A stretch of 64,000 nucleotides of DNA from an uncultured Pirellulales bacterium (GCA_938015445.1 CALLPE010000011.1:29438-93437); one strand, 5' to 3'. Positions 49,661 through 58,851 are shown, counted from the stretch's first letter. Program-made: numbers and translations. Notes: a model not told the origin generated them from the sequence alone.

Positions 49661-52600
49661 GGTTGCGGCTCCTCATCACCGCGTGCCACCTGCTCTGTGC
49701 GCTGGCCCGAGCCAGCCGTTTGCCCGGCGGCCGACCTTTCCGGCGGCACAGCAGGGTTCGGCGGCAAGAGCGAAGAATCGGACGGCACAGGCGAAGAGTC
49801 GGGCGGCAGAAGCAACGGGCCGGACGGCGGCTGGTCCATCGGTTCGGGCATCGCTGGCGGCCGCGGCCCATCCGGCGGAGGTTGTTGTTCAAGCTGCAAT
49901 AACTCTGGCGGCTGCTCGGCGGCTGGTGGGCGCTGGACCGGCTTCGGCACCGGAGGAATCCACGGCGGCGCGTCTTCTAGAGCGGCGATGAACCACCGCC
50001 AGAAGTCGGCGTTCTCGTACATCAGGTCGAACGGACCGCCGTCCTCGCGCTCCAGATTCTTATTCAAAGCGAACCCCGAATCGCCAATCACCGCCACACG
50101 TCCCCGGCCGTAATTGCGTACCACGATCATCGGGCCGTCGTCCGGGTGGGCCGCGATCACCTTCATGCGATGTTCCGGGCAGTCGCACTCCACCGGCCAG
50201 CCGCAGTGGAAACGAACGAAGTTACGCGCCCGTCCGTCAGGATAGTATAAATAAGGCAGTTTGAAGTAGCGCCACATGGGCGGTGGGCCCAGCGTACCTT
50301 CGTACCGCTGTAATTGACCAACGCGGAAGCCAAACTCGCCCAGCATTTGCCGACTGGGCGCGATGTCTTCGTAGCCCACCGTCCAGATCAACACCCCTCC
50401 GCAGCGTACAAAACGTTTGACCGTCTCGCGCTCCTGCGCGCTGAACGGGCGGTCAGGGGCGATGACTACATACATTTGGGCCTTGATACGCCAACGTTTC
50501 AGTTCCTGGCGCGCCAGCGAGATGTCTTCGTCTTCCGGTTCGTCGGGGCGTGGGGGTTTGATGTCGGTCGGCGCTTCCTCCGGCGCGATCCGCTGCAATA
50601 GCCGCTCCTCGGTCAAGCGGCTGAGACTGAGCGTCAGATAGCCGTTGCGCATCAAGGTAAGAAACAGCCCCGCCGTACCGTCCTCGCGCCACGACTCGAA
50701 GCTATAGCGGTTCAAATGGGCGGCGTCCACGTAAGCCAGCTTGCGCGGGGGATCGGGCGCTGGCCGTTTGCCGATCCACGATTCACCCGCCTCCCCAGTC
50801 GATTCTTGCGCCTCTCTGTCGCCCGACGGTCGATTCTCGGGCGCGTCGCGAGACAGTTCGGCCAGCGACTTGCAATCGGGAGTGATTTCCCAATTGCGCC
50901 AACTCAGTACGGTGCTTACCACCAGGGCGATGGCCAGCGCCACTGTAGCGGTCAGCATAGGCCATACGGCGGGACACCACAGCACCAGCGCTGCCAAAGC
51001 CGCAGCGGCCAGCACGCAGCACACCTGCCGCCAGCCGGCTTGGGTCCAACCGCCCGCATCCACTAAGTATGCCATTAGGCGCGAGACGTACTCGTGGCAA
51101 TTGATCGTCAGCCCGTTGCTCATCAGCGACGTATCGCCGAAGACCACCACGCGCCCTTTTCCTAACGGCTCTTCGGCCGCCAGAACCAAATCGCCCAATC
51201 GTTCGCCGGGATCATATAGATGATTGCCCATCTTACTGGCCCCTGCCTCGCGATCGCCCGGATCGGCCCAACCCCAGCGGCCGACCAGTATCGGTCGGGC
51301 GGGCCAACGCAGCGTACCCAGCCGGGCGACGGCAGGTTCCACCGGGCAGTCGATGCCCGGCTCGCAATCGGAGTCAGAATGGGCCGCAGCGGTGTCGGCC
51401 TGGACGGAGTCCGCCTGGGCTTCGGCGGATGCCTGTCCATCAGGCGGCGCATGTTCGGCCCCTTTGGTCATGGCGAGCTTGTTATCGGCCGATGGCTTGT
51501 AGTCCGCGCAGCCCAGACTTGCGCCAATCACCACGCCGAACTCGTTTTGCTGATCGCCTATGCCGGCGGTAGTTGGATGCGACACCGTATCGTAGCTGTG
51601 CAGCCATCCGCCGATGGCGAAGGTGGCCGAATCGAACGCTACCCGCACGCTGGTGGGACGCAGCACATCGTTGAATCGTGCTCCGCCGCCTTCTTCCGGC
51701 GCTTCGTCGACTGTATGTTCGCCCAATACCAGCAACGAGCCGCCGGCGCGCACGAACTGCCACAACCTTCTCAGTTGGCCCTTCTGCCAGGGTTTATTGG
51801 GGTAAATCAGCACCACGGCCTGGGCGCCGGCAAGGTCTTCTTCCGAAAGGTTCTCGGAAACCAGCACCTGGATGCCGTAACTCCGCAAAAACGACGGCAA
51901 CATGCCATACATGCCGATGGAAAGGCGTCCGTACTGGCCGTGCTCCGGACGCAGCCAGTTGAGGAATCCTTCCTGATAGATGACCACTTTCTTGCCCTGC
52001 ACCTCAGGCCGATGCCACGACAGATTGCCCACGGCAGCAAACAATACCGCCACAAGTACCATTGCAAGGGTCAGCCAGCGCGTTGCAATGTGATTGGCGC
52101 CGCTGACGGTCGCGTCGGACGACTGCTCCGCCAGTCGGCCCAAAGCAAGCGATACTAAGGGCGAATCGATGCGGTCGTCGCCAACGCCGCCTATCGGAGT
52201 CTGTTGACCGGCGATTGTCGCCGCCTGCGACCCCGCCGCTATGGCCTGGTTGTTCGAGCGCAACGCCAGCCATAACATCAGGCCGGCTAGCAAGCTGTGA
52301 ACAACCGCCGCTGTGGCCGGAAAGTTCCAAATAAGCAATTCGCGCAGCCATCTTTCCAGCGAAGAAAGTTTCGCCACGGCATCTGGTGATAAACTGCCCG
52401 GCCTAAGTTGCGGATAACGCTCCAGAACAGCCCCGGTGCTCGAAAGCAATAGCAGATAAACGAAATGAGCCAGAAGCACAAGCAACACGAGTACGAAGAC
52501 CTGTACGGCGGCGGGCAAGCGGCGCCCCAGCGGCTTGCCTACGCGCAGCGGCAACAGCACTGCCAGACAGAGCATCGGCACGAGGAAATCCAGCCCTGCC

Positions 52601-53223
52601 ATCGTAGCCCCGATGCACAGCGGCCAGCCGGTAATCGCCGCAGCCAGCTCGCCCAACCGCTGCCCAAGGTGGTTGGCCACGATCCACCCTATTGCAGCAG
52701 AAGCGTAAGTAGCACGGTAAACCGCAAAAACGGCCAGCGCTGCGCCAACGGTTACGAAAGTTCTGCGCTGGGGTTCGGGCGTTCCGACGGCCAGCGCCAC
52801 CAACAGCACTCCTGGGGCCATGCAGGTCACTGCCGGAAGCTCAGCAGCAGCCAGCCACACGGCGACAACAATCCCCAACACGGCGCAACCCAATGCGGTC
52901 AATCTGCGCCGACGCGCAGCAGCCAACTGTCGCGGCAAAGCCTCCTCGGCAAGCGAATTCCTTAGCGCCAAACTTCCCAGCGGGCTGGCAAATAGCAACA
53001 CGATGCCCAAAACGATCCACAGCAGTGCCCTACGCAACGGATGGGCCATCAGGCCCGTAGAACCAGCAGCGAGCCATGCCCCTAATAAGGCTGCTAAGCA
53101 CGCTACGAGCTGTCCGCGGATCGATGCGCGCACAATGGCAGCGACGTCCTGGCCGGCAGCGGGGCAGTCAGCCTCGGACTTCTCTGCCCGATCGAACGCC
53201 GGTTTCGACCTCGACTCGTTCAA
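49657..53223 (-). CDS. Giant polytopic membrane protein (1188 aa), paralogous in architecture to 46841..49660: two GldG/ThuA-like domains and a Pro-rich C-terminus.
   Basis: 'AVVLIYPNKPWQKGQLRRLWQFVRAGGSLLVLGEHT ... RVVVFGDTSLMSNG' and 'MYVVIAPDRPFSAQERETVKRFVRCGGVLIWTVGYE ... RVAVIGDSGFALNKN'. More than 10 predicted TM helices. By my reading the first codons do not fit the displayed bases exactly, so the start may be off by a few nt. Confidence 0.68.
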   Translation of the reverse strand: MNESRSKPAFDRAEKSEADCPAAGQDVAAIVRASIRGQLVACLAALLGAWLAAGSTGLMAHPLRRALLWIVLGIVLLFASPLGSLALRNSLAEEALPRQLAAARRRRLTALGCAVLGIVVAVWLAAAELPAVTCMAPGVLLVALAVGTPEPQRRTFVTVGAALAVFAVYRATYASAAIGWIVANHLGQRLGELAAAITGWPLCIGATMAGLDFLVPMLCLAVLLPLRVGKPLGRRLPAAVQVFVLVLLVLLAHFVYLLLLSSTGAVLERYPQLRPGSLSPDAVAKLSSLERWLRELLIWNFPATAAVVHSLLAGLMLWLALRSNNQAIAAGSQAATIAGQQTPIGGVGDDRIDSPLVSLALGRLAEQSSDATVSGANHIATRWLTLAMVLVAVLFAAVGNLSWHRPEVQGKKVVIYQEGFLNWLRPEHGQYGRLSIGMYGMLPSFLRSYGIQVLVSENLSEEDLAGAQAVVLIYPNKPWQKGQLRRLWQFVRAGGSLLVLGEHTVDEAPEEGGGARFNDVLRPTSVRVAFDSATFAIGGWLHSYDTVSHPTTAGIGDQQNEFGVVIGASLGCADYKPSADNKLAMTKGAEHAPPDGQASAEAQADSVQADTAAAHSDSDCEPGIDCPVEPAVARLGTLRWPARPILVGRWGWADPGDREAGASKMGNHLYDPGERLGDLVLAAEEPLGKGRVVVFGDTSLMSNGLTINCHEYVSRLMAYLVDAGGWTQAGWRQVCCVLAAAALAALVLWCPAVWPMLTATVALAIALVVSTVLSWRNWEITPDCKSLAELSRDAPENRPSGDREAQESTGEAGESWIGKRPAPDPPRKLAYVDAAHLNRYSFESWREDGTAGLFLTLMRNGYLTLSLSRLTEERLLQRIAPEEAPTDIKPPRPDEPEDEDISLARQELKRWRIKAQMYVVIAPDRPFSAQERETVKRFVRCGGVLIWTVGYEDIAPSRQMLGEFGFRVGQLQRYEGTLGPPPMWRYFKLPYLYYPDGRARNFVRFHCGWPVECDCPEHRMKVIAAHPDDGPMIVVRNYGRGRVAVIGDSGFALNKNLEREDGGPFDLMYENADFWRWFIAALEDAPPWIPPVPKPVQRPPAAEQPPELLQLEQQPPPDGPRPPAMPEPMDQPPSGPLLLPPDSSPVPSDSSLLPPNPAVPPERSAAGQTAGSGQRTEQVARGDEEPQP

Positions 53224-53465
53224 TGCTCGCTTGGCTCCCTCAGCAAAACATTTGACTTATACAGCAGGTGCATATACAGCAGAAGCACAGCTCTTGCGAA
53301 ACACCGGCAAGCAGGCCACAACAAACACTGTGCAATAAGACAACGAGGGCGGCCTTCTGGCGAAGACCACCCTCATTTGTACACTACAGTTCAATTGTCC
53401 GCATCACCAACGTTGGCGAAACCGCGGGATTCCGCCTTAACGATGGCAGCACGATTACAACACGA

Positions 53466-54443
53466 TTACAAATCGCGCGGCGGCAACTTGGGCGCTAAAA
53501 CGCCCACCACTTCGTTCACCGCAGCCGTCGTCTCCGTGCCGTTCGGCGGTTCTGGTTGCTCTGGTGGTCGGCAAACCGTAGGATCTGCAACGCAAGCCGT
53601 CGCTACAGCCGGGCACTTGGTCTCTTCGACCGGGCACTGCGTATCGACCGCCGGGCATTTGGTGGCGATCTTCGGGCAGCGGGTCTCGACCACCGGGCAG
53701 CGAGTCTGCAAAGCGTCAGGGCACGAGGTTACTTGCACCGGGCACTGCGTGTCGACCGCCGGGCACTTGGTTTTAACCTGGGGACACTTGGTTACTTCGA
53801 CCGGGCACCGGGTGTTGACCACCGGACACTTGGACGCATACGGCGGGCAATTGGTGTCGGTCACGGGGCAAACGGTCCTCTGCGTCGGGCAAACCGTGGG
53901 TGCGACCTGAGCAGGGCATTGTGTCTCCACCGAAGGACACCGCGTCTTGGCCGCCGGGCAAGTAGTGACCTGCACCGGGCACCGCGTGTCGGCGGTCGGG
54001 CACTTGGTAGCTGCCGGCGGGCATTTCGTTTCCACCGCCTGGCACCATGTGTCGGCGGTCTTGCACGCCGTCACCGCCGGCGGGCACTTGGTCTGCACCG
54101 CTGGACAGTAAGTGTCCACTGGCGCGCACTTTGTCGGCGCCCGCACAAGCGAACACTGCGTCTCGGCCACAGGGCACCACGTCGCTGCCGGTGGGCATTT
54201 AGTGAGTTTGGCAGGGCAACGAGTTTCGACCGCCACGCAGAATGTCTCCACCGGAGCACAAAGCGTCGCTCGTACTGGGCAGCGAGTCTCCACCGCAGGA
54301 CACCACGTAGCCGCTGCCGGCATGATCGTCGGCGGCGGCACACCTGGCCCATTGCCATTGCCGTTCCCGTTTGTCTGGGCCAAGCCGGCCGTACACAACA
54401 ATCCGATCACCATCACAACACCGACCATCCGGAGCATACGCAC
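53466..54443 (-). CDS. Secreted Cys/Thr-rich protein built from about 35 tandem heptads 'CPxxxTx'.
   Basis: Strong SD 'AAGGAGGTG' 6 nt before the ATG. Signal peptide 'MRMLRMVGVVMVIGLLCTAGLAQT', then 'NGNGNGNGPGVPPP', then ...CPAVETRCPVRATLCAPVETFCVAVETRCPAKLTKCPPAATWCPVAETQ.... The underlying 21-nt DNA repeats are diverged but the protein periodicity is conserved. Confidence 0.8.
   Translation of the reverse strand: MRMLRMVGVVMVIGLLCTAGLAQTNGNGNGNGPGVPPPTIMPAAATWCPAVETRCPVRATLCAPVETFCVAVETRCPAKLTKCPPAATWCPVAETQCSLVRAPTKCAPVDTYCPAVQTKCPPAVTACKTADTWCQAVETKCPPAATKCPTADTRCPVQVTTCPAAKTRCPSVETQCPAQVAPTVCPTQRTVCPVTDTNCPPYASKCPVVNTRCPVEVTKCPQVKTKCPAVDTQCPVQVTSCPDALQTRCPVVETRCPKIATKCPAVDTQCPVEETKCPAVATACVADPTVCRPPEQPEPPNGTETTAAVNEVVGVLAPKLPPRDL
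53570..54325 (-). repeat. About 35 tandem 21-nt coding repeats (consensus minus-strand reading TGCCCG..N..ACN..., giving Cys-Pro-x-x-x-Thr-x).
   Basis: Visible 21-nt periodicity 'CGGGCACTGCGTGTCGACCGC / CGGGCACTTGGTTTTAACCTG / ...' on the plus strand. The units have diverged, so this is not a recent slippage expansion. Confidence 0.8.
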
Positions 54444-54659
54444 CTCCTTTCAGCCAGCGTCAGAAAAGAAAATAAGCTCAACGATTTCGCGACCCGTCAA
54501 CTGTCGTTTTTATCACCGTTGCCCAAATCAGTCAATGATATTGCAATCGTTTTTTGTAAAAAAATGCCCTTTTTATGCAGACGCCGTCTACGCTAAAATT
54601 GCGGCCCGTTTTTTGGGGCCAAACATCCGCTGAATACCCTCGTTCAGTGGTACCGCCAC

Positions 54660-56369
54660 ATGCCGCTTGCAGACTGGCCGCAGTTATATCGTGCTTTTTG
54701 GAAAGCACTTAGGGCGACAGTTAACTCGGCGAAAAAGCACTCTCTATGGCTTGTCCTGCTGGCTGGCCTGATTCTTTGGGGGTGGATGGATGTACGCCAA
54801 CGGGGCTTCATTCGTCACGATTCGCCAGATGACCACAAAACCGACCTGACCGTTTACACAGAAGCCGCAGCGGCCTTCTTCGACGGCCGTCGTCCCTACG
54901 AAGTCGCTAACCCCCGCGGCTGGACGTATCTGTACCCACCGATTTTCGCCCTGCTTGTGGCCCCATTGCGGTATTTGCAACCGCAAGATCAAGTATTCGT
55001 CTGGTTCTTGTTTTCGCTGGTGTTTTGCTTTGGCTGCTACGCAGAAATGCGCAGGCTGTTTCGCGCCGTAGCAGCGCAGCCGGGTGGTACCGACAGCCCA
55101 GCCGAATGCCCTGCACTGCCCCGGACCGACGCGGAGCGGCCACCGGCTGACTGCGGGGCTGCCAATCTACTAACACTTGGCCAGTCCAACTTCTCTGCCT
55201 GCGAGCCGGTGGGCTATCGCAGCGCTTTGGCCCCAATGTTGGGCTGGTTGGCTGTTGCCGCCGCTGCGCTACCGACGCTGAATTGTTTGCAGCGTGGGCA
55301 GGTGGGCGTGCTGAAACTTTACCTGTTGCTCCTCGGAGTGCGGCTGGTGTTGACCGGCCGCAGCGGCTTGACGTGTCTGGCCGGAGGCGCGATCCTAGCG
55401 CTGCCGGTGGTTATGAAGATCATTCCCGCCGTGCCAGTCGGGGTCTTCTTGGTGGCACTTGCCGCCAGCGGATGGGCGGCAGGCAGAGGCCGCTCGGGCG
55501 CCGCACCGCAAATCGACCCCGGGAAGACCCAGTTGGCCCAATGTACAATTCCACCGGTCCATCGGGCGAGAATGGCACTGGTGGGCGCCGCCGTGGGAGT
55601 GTTGTTGTTTGCGTTGCTAGTGCCGAGCGCATTGCTCGGCTGGAAAAACAACTTGGAGCATCTGAAGACCTGGGCCGATATGATGCTCGCCAAGGCTGAC
55701 GACGGCGGACTAGACCCGCGCTCAGGCAACTCGCGCTCCGCCCGAAATCAAAGCCTGCATAACGCCGTGGTCCGGCTGGGGAACTTCGCCATGTACCTAG
55801 CCGGAGCAGGTCCAGACGATCAGGACGTACCCCTGACCGCCCAGCAGCCATTGCCGCCGATGCCCATGGACCACCCGGCGGCTCAGTACAGCCTTATCTT
55901 CGCCCGGGCCGTGCTGCTGGCAGCGGTGCTAACCGTCGCCTGGCAGTTGGGAAGGGCTGGCTCTCGGCTCGATTTGGCAAACGCTTTGGGGCTAGGTTGC
56001 GTGGCGATGTTAGTAATCTCCCCAATTGCCCGAGGACATTACTTTATGCTGTACGTTCCCGCGGTGGTCTTCCTACCGTTGTGGCTACAGCAACGCGGCG
56101 ACCCGAGAGTTCGGGGAAAGTCGCTGGCCATGGTGCTGACCGTGATCCCGCCGCTGTTGGTGGTGGCACATTATGCGCTTTTACCGGTAGCGGGACGAAT
56201 GGGACTGCTGGGGTTGGGTACAGCCGGCTGGCTGTTGACGGCTCTGGTAACCTGCGACCGATTGATGGCGGTTTCCCGAAATCGCACTGTGGCAGATGGT
56301 GCTACCGATGATCATCGGCTGCTGAGGCTGACAGCAGCGGATTTACCCCAGCAGCGGGCGGCAGCTTGA
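54660..56369 (+). CDS. Polytopic membrane protein, GT-C-type glycosyltransferase-like (DUF2029/GT87-like).
   Basis: More than 10 TM helices. N-terminal loop 'RRPYEVANPRGWTYLYPPIFALLVAPL' resembles the DUF2029 family conserved region. Divergent from the Cys-repeat gene across an AT-rich region. Confidence 0.6.
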   Translation: MPLADWPQLYRAFWKALRATVNSAKKHSLWLVLLAGLILWGWMDVRQRGFIRHDSPDDHKTDLTVYTEAAAAFFDGRRPYEVANPRGWTYLYPPIFALLVAPLRYLQPQDQVFVWFLFSLVFCFGCYAEMRRLFRAVAAQPGGTDSPAECPALPRTDAERPPADCGAANLLTLGQSNFSACEPVGYRSALAPMLGWLAVAAAALPTLNCLQRGQVGVLKLYLLLLGVRLVLTGRSGLTCLAGGAILALPVVMKIIPAVPVGVFLVALAASGWAAGRGRSGAAPQIDPGKTQLAQCTIPPVHRARMALVGAAVGVLLFALLVPSALLGWKNNLEHLKTWADMMLAKADDGGLDPRSGNSRSARNQSLHNAVVRLGNFAMYLAGAGPDDQDVPLTAQQPLPPMPMDHPAAQYSLIFARAVLLAAVLTVAWQLGRAGSRLDLANALGLGCVAMLVISPIARGHYFMLYVPAVVFLPLWLQQRGDPRVRGKSLAMVLTVIPPLLVVAHYALLPVAGRMGLLGLGTAGWLLTALVTCDRLMAVSRNRTVADGATDDHRLLRLTAADLPQQRAAA

Positions 56370-56390
56370 CGGGCACCCTACGGCCAGCGG

Positions 56391-56458
56391 GCCGCGGTAG
56401 CCGGCCGCTTTTGCCGCGGTAGCCGGCCACTTTTGCCGCGGTAGCCGGCCGCGATTTT
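56391..56458 (+). terminator. Three tandem 22-nt units GCCGCGGTAGCCGGCC(G/A)CTTTT, each a short GC hairpin followed by T4, immediately after the stop of 54660..56369.
   Basis: Stem GCGG/CCGC around a palindromic GCCGGC, followed by TTTT, three times in a row. Lies 22 nt after the TGA of the upstream gene, between convergent genes. Confidence 0.5.
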
Positions 56459-56523
56459 TACAGTTGTACCGGAGCCCGCGGACAGATGGCGCGGCGGGTC
56501 GGTCCATGGGTTGCTTGAGCGTT

Positions 56524-58395
56524 TTAGCTCGGCTTCTTCTCGCCGCCGTTGGCCAGTCCCAGCCGGGCCAGCCAGCGGCCGCGGGCGGGCTTGTCTGTTT
56601 CGGGGGGCTTTGCTTCGCCGGCCGCTTGCAGCTCGCGGAGTTTTTCTTCCAGTTGCAAACGTTCGCGGGCGATGCGAGCCCGTTCCAGCGAAAGCTCGAT
56701 CTCCGCTTCGCGCAGTTTTTCGTGCCATTGCTGCTGTAGCTTTCGCAGGTTCTCGCGTTCCTCTTGGATAATGGCGTCCTTGTCGAGAATCTCGCCCAGG
56801 GCCGCTGCCCCGACAGCCACCGCGCCCAGGTTGCTTGCCTGCGCGTCGAGTAGCTGCCTGAGTTCTGCGATTTCCCGATCCTTCTCGGCGATTATCGCGT
56901 CGGTGCGCTGGATGATCTCTTCGATTCTGAGGCGTTGTTCCCTGGCGGTGTCCGACTCTTCTTCCTCGGCCGACTCCAACATCGCCAAAATACGCCGCTT
57001 TTCCGCCTCCCAATCGAGCTTCCCGCCCGCAAAACCACCGGCTGTTTGCGCCGTGCTGGAAACTCTAGCAAGCTGCTGCTGCAACTCGGCGTTTCGGGCC
57101 TTTAGCTCCCGCAGGTCCTCTAAAGCCAGTTCGTACAAGCGGCGGAAGTCTTCTTCGGGCGGTTGGTCTTGTGCCGCCGTGTCCTCGGCTGCGACCGAAA
57201 TGCGCCGCGCCAGTTCCTCTTGTGCTTCGAGCAACTGCTGGTTCAGCAGCTCGAGCTGTCTGCGGCTTTCGGCAAGTGCAGCCTCGGTGGCCGCCGCCTT
57301 GGCCTCGGATTGCTCCAGCCGTTGGGTGGCCTGCGCCAGCCGCTCCTCGGCCGCCACGACGCGCTGTTGCGATTGACTGAGTTGCCGGGCGACATCTGCC
57401 ACTTGCTCGGCGGTTTCGGCCAGGCGGCCCTCGGTGGCGCTGAGCCGCCGAAGCAGCTCGTCGCGCTCGGCTTGCAGTTGTTCCAGTTGGCTGCCTTCCG
57501 AAGTAGCTACAGCGGCCGGCTGGTTAGCAAGCTGCTGAAGAAGCTGTTCCTGACGCGCCCGCAACGCTTGCAGTTCTGCTGTCTGCTGGGCGTAGGCCTG
57601 TCGGGCCAGTTCCAGTTGATGCTGAAGCTGTTGCAGTGCCGTTTGATCGCGGTGCTCCAGTTCGGCCTGCAAACGTCGCAACTGCTTCCACTGGGAGGTA
57701 TGTTGGCTTCTGAGCGCTTCGGCGATGCGACGTCGCTGCAACTCGGTTTGTTGCCGCCGCTGGAGCACCTCCTGTTGCTCAGCTTGAATACGGCTTTCCA
57801 TCTCGGCAAGCTGCCTTTCCTTGGCCGCCAATTCAGCCCGCTGGCGTTCCAACTGGCTGCGCAGGGCGTCGAGTTGTTGCAACTGCGCAGCGTGCTGGTT
57901 GCGGGCCAATTCCAGCTCGTGCCGCTGCTGATGCAGTTGGGCTTCCTGGGCGATGAGTGCCTCGCGGGCAGCGCGCAGTTCCTCCCGGCGTTGGTCCAAC
58001 TCGTCCTGCTGCTGGCGGATTTGTTGCAGCAAGGCCTCGTGCTGCTTGGCGCTGCGCTGGTGGAGTTCTTCCCACTGGAGTTGCCGGGCATCGTACTCCT
58101 TGCGAAGTTCCTCCAGAGCGGCGATCTGCCGGCTGAGCTGCTCGCTGCGGCGTTGGATTTCCTCTCGGGCCTGAATGGTTTCGGCCCGGTTGCGAGCCAG
58201 TTCATCGGCCAACAACTGCAACTGGGCGGCCAGTTGTGCCTGGGCGCGTTTGAGCCGGTCTTGTTGTGCGGCCAGAAATTCGCGCACCCGGTCGCGTTGC
58301 TGGTGCAGAGTGGCGGAGAAGTGCTCTCCCCAATTGCTCTGCTCGGCAGAAAACACTGGCACTGCCATGTCCGCCCCGATAATCCGCCCCGACAT
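56524..58395 (-). CDS. Long coiled-coil protein (623 aa, rich in Q/E/R/L/A).
   Basis: Continuous heptad-like 'LQQLDALRSQLERQRAELAAKERQLAEMESRIQAEQQE ...'. The same-size plus-strand ORF (57163..59082) is its Leu-rich antisense shadow. A short minus-strand N-terminal non-repetitive segment supports this strand. Confidence 0.62.
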   Translation of the reverse strand: MSGRIIGADMAVPVFSAEQSNWGEHFSATLHQQRDRVREFLAAQQDRLKRAQAQLAAQLQLLADELARNRAETIQAREEIQRRSEQLSRQIAALEELRKEYDARQLQWEELHQRSAKQHEALLQQIRQQQDELDQRREELRAAREALIAQEAQLHQQRHELELARNQHAAQLQQLDALRSQLERQRAELAAKERQLAEMESRIQAEQQEVLQRRQQTELQRRRIAEALRSQHTSQWKQLRRLQAELEHRDQTALQQLQHQLELARQAYAQQTAELQALRARQEQLLQQLANQPAAVATSEGSQLEQLQAERDELLRRLSATEGRLAETAEQVADVARQLSQSQQRVVAAEERLAQATQRLEQSEAKAAATEAALAESRRQLELLNQQLLEAQEELARRISVAAEDTAAQDQPPEEDFRRLYELALEDLRELKARNAELQQQLARVSSTAQTAGGFAGGKLDWEAEKRRILAMLESAEEEESDTAREQRLRIEEIIQRTDAIIAEKDREIAELRQLLDAQASNLGAVAVGAAALGEILDKDAIIQEERENLRKLQQQWHEKLREAEIELSLERARIARERLQLEEKLRELQAAGEAKPPETDKPARGRWLARLGLANGGEKKPS

Positions 58396-58680
58396 TCCGC
58401 CTGTATTGCCGCTAGCAGTCGCTCACACCAAGGTGGCGATTGCCGTACCTCCCTCGCGCCGGCGGTTTCCCCGGCCAGGCCGTCGCCCAATACGACGCCT
58501 ATTGTCATATACGCCACACACTCGGAACGGTCAAAAGCAACGCAACGGCCGCAACGATTGCGCCGAATGTGCGGAGCAGAAATGCCGCCTGGGCGTCCGA
58601 CCTATCCAGTAGCAAGTCGACAACGACATTCCCGCAGCGACTGTGTCGCTCGAATGCGTGTGGCCGACCCCTCGTCGCTG

Positions 58681-58820
58681 TTGCTTGTCTGGACGACGGC
58701 TTGCTATTGCTTCTTTGGACTACGGCTTATCGTTCTTCCTTGTGTGGGCGACGGCTCAAGCCCCTACTGGCATACACTACGGCTCTTTGCTTTTGCTTGT
58801 GTGGACGACGGTTCGCGCAA
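58681..58820. repeat. Four to five degenerate 27-30-nt repeats with the core TTGTsTGGACGACGGyT, upstream of the coiled-coil protein gene.
   Basis: Cores at about 58685, 58715, 58742 and 58797. They produce repetitive spurious plus-strand ORFs. Confidence 0.55.
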
Positions 58821-58851
58821 CGCAATGGCGCAAGCTGCTTCGATCTTCCGG

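Noticed and set aside
53377-54633. Plus-strand ORFs 53377..53910, 53556..54596 and 54112..54633, plus minus-strand alternative frames, over the Cys-repeat gene.
   Set aside because: They are frame and strand artefacts of the 21-nt periodic DNA. Only the minus-strand CPxxxTx frame has a strong SD, a signal peptide and a coherent repeat.
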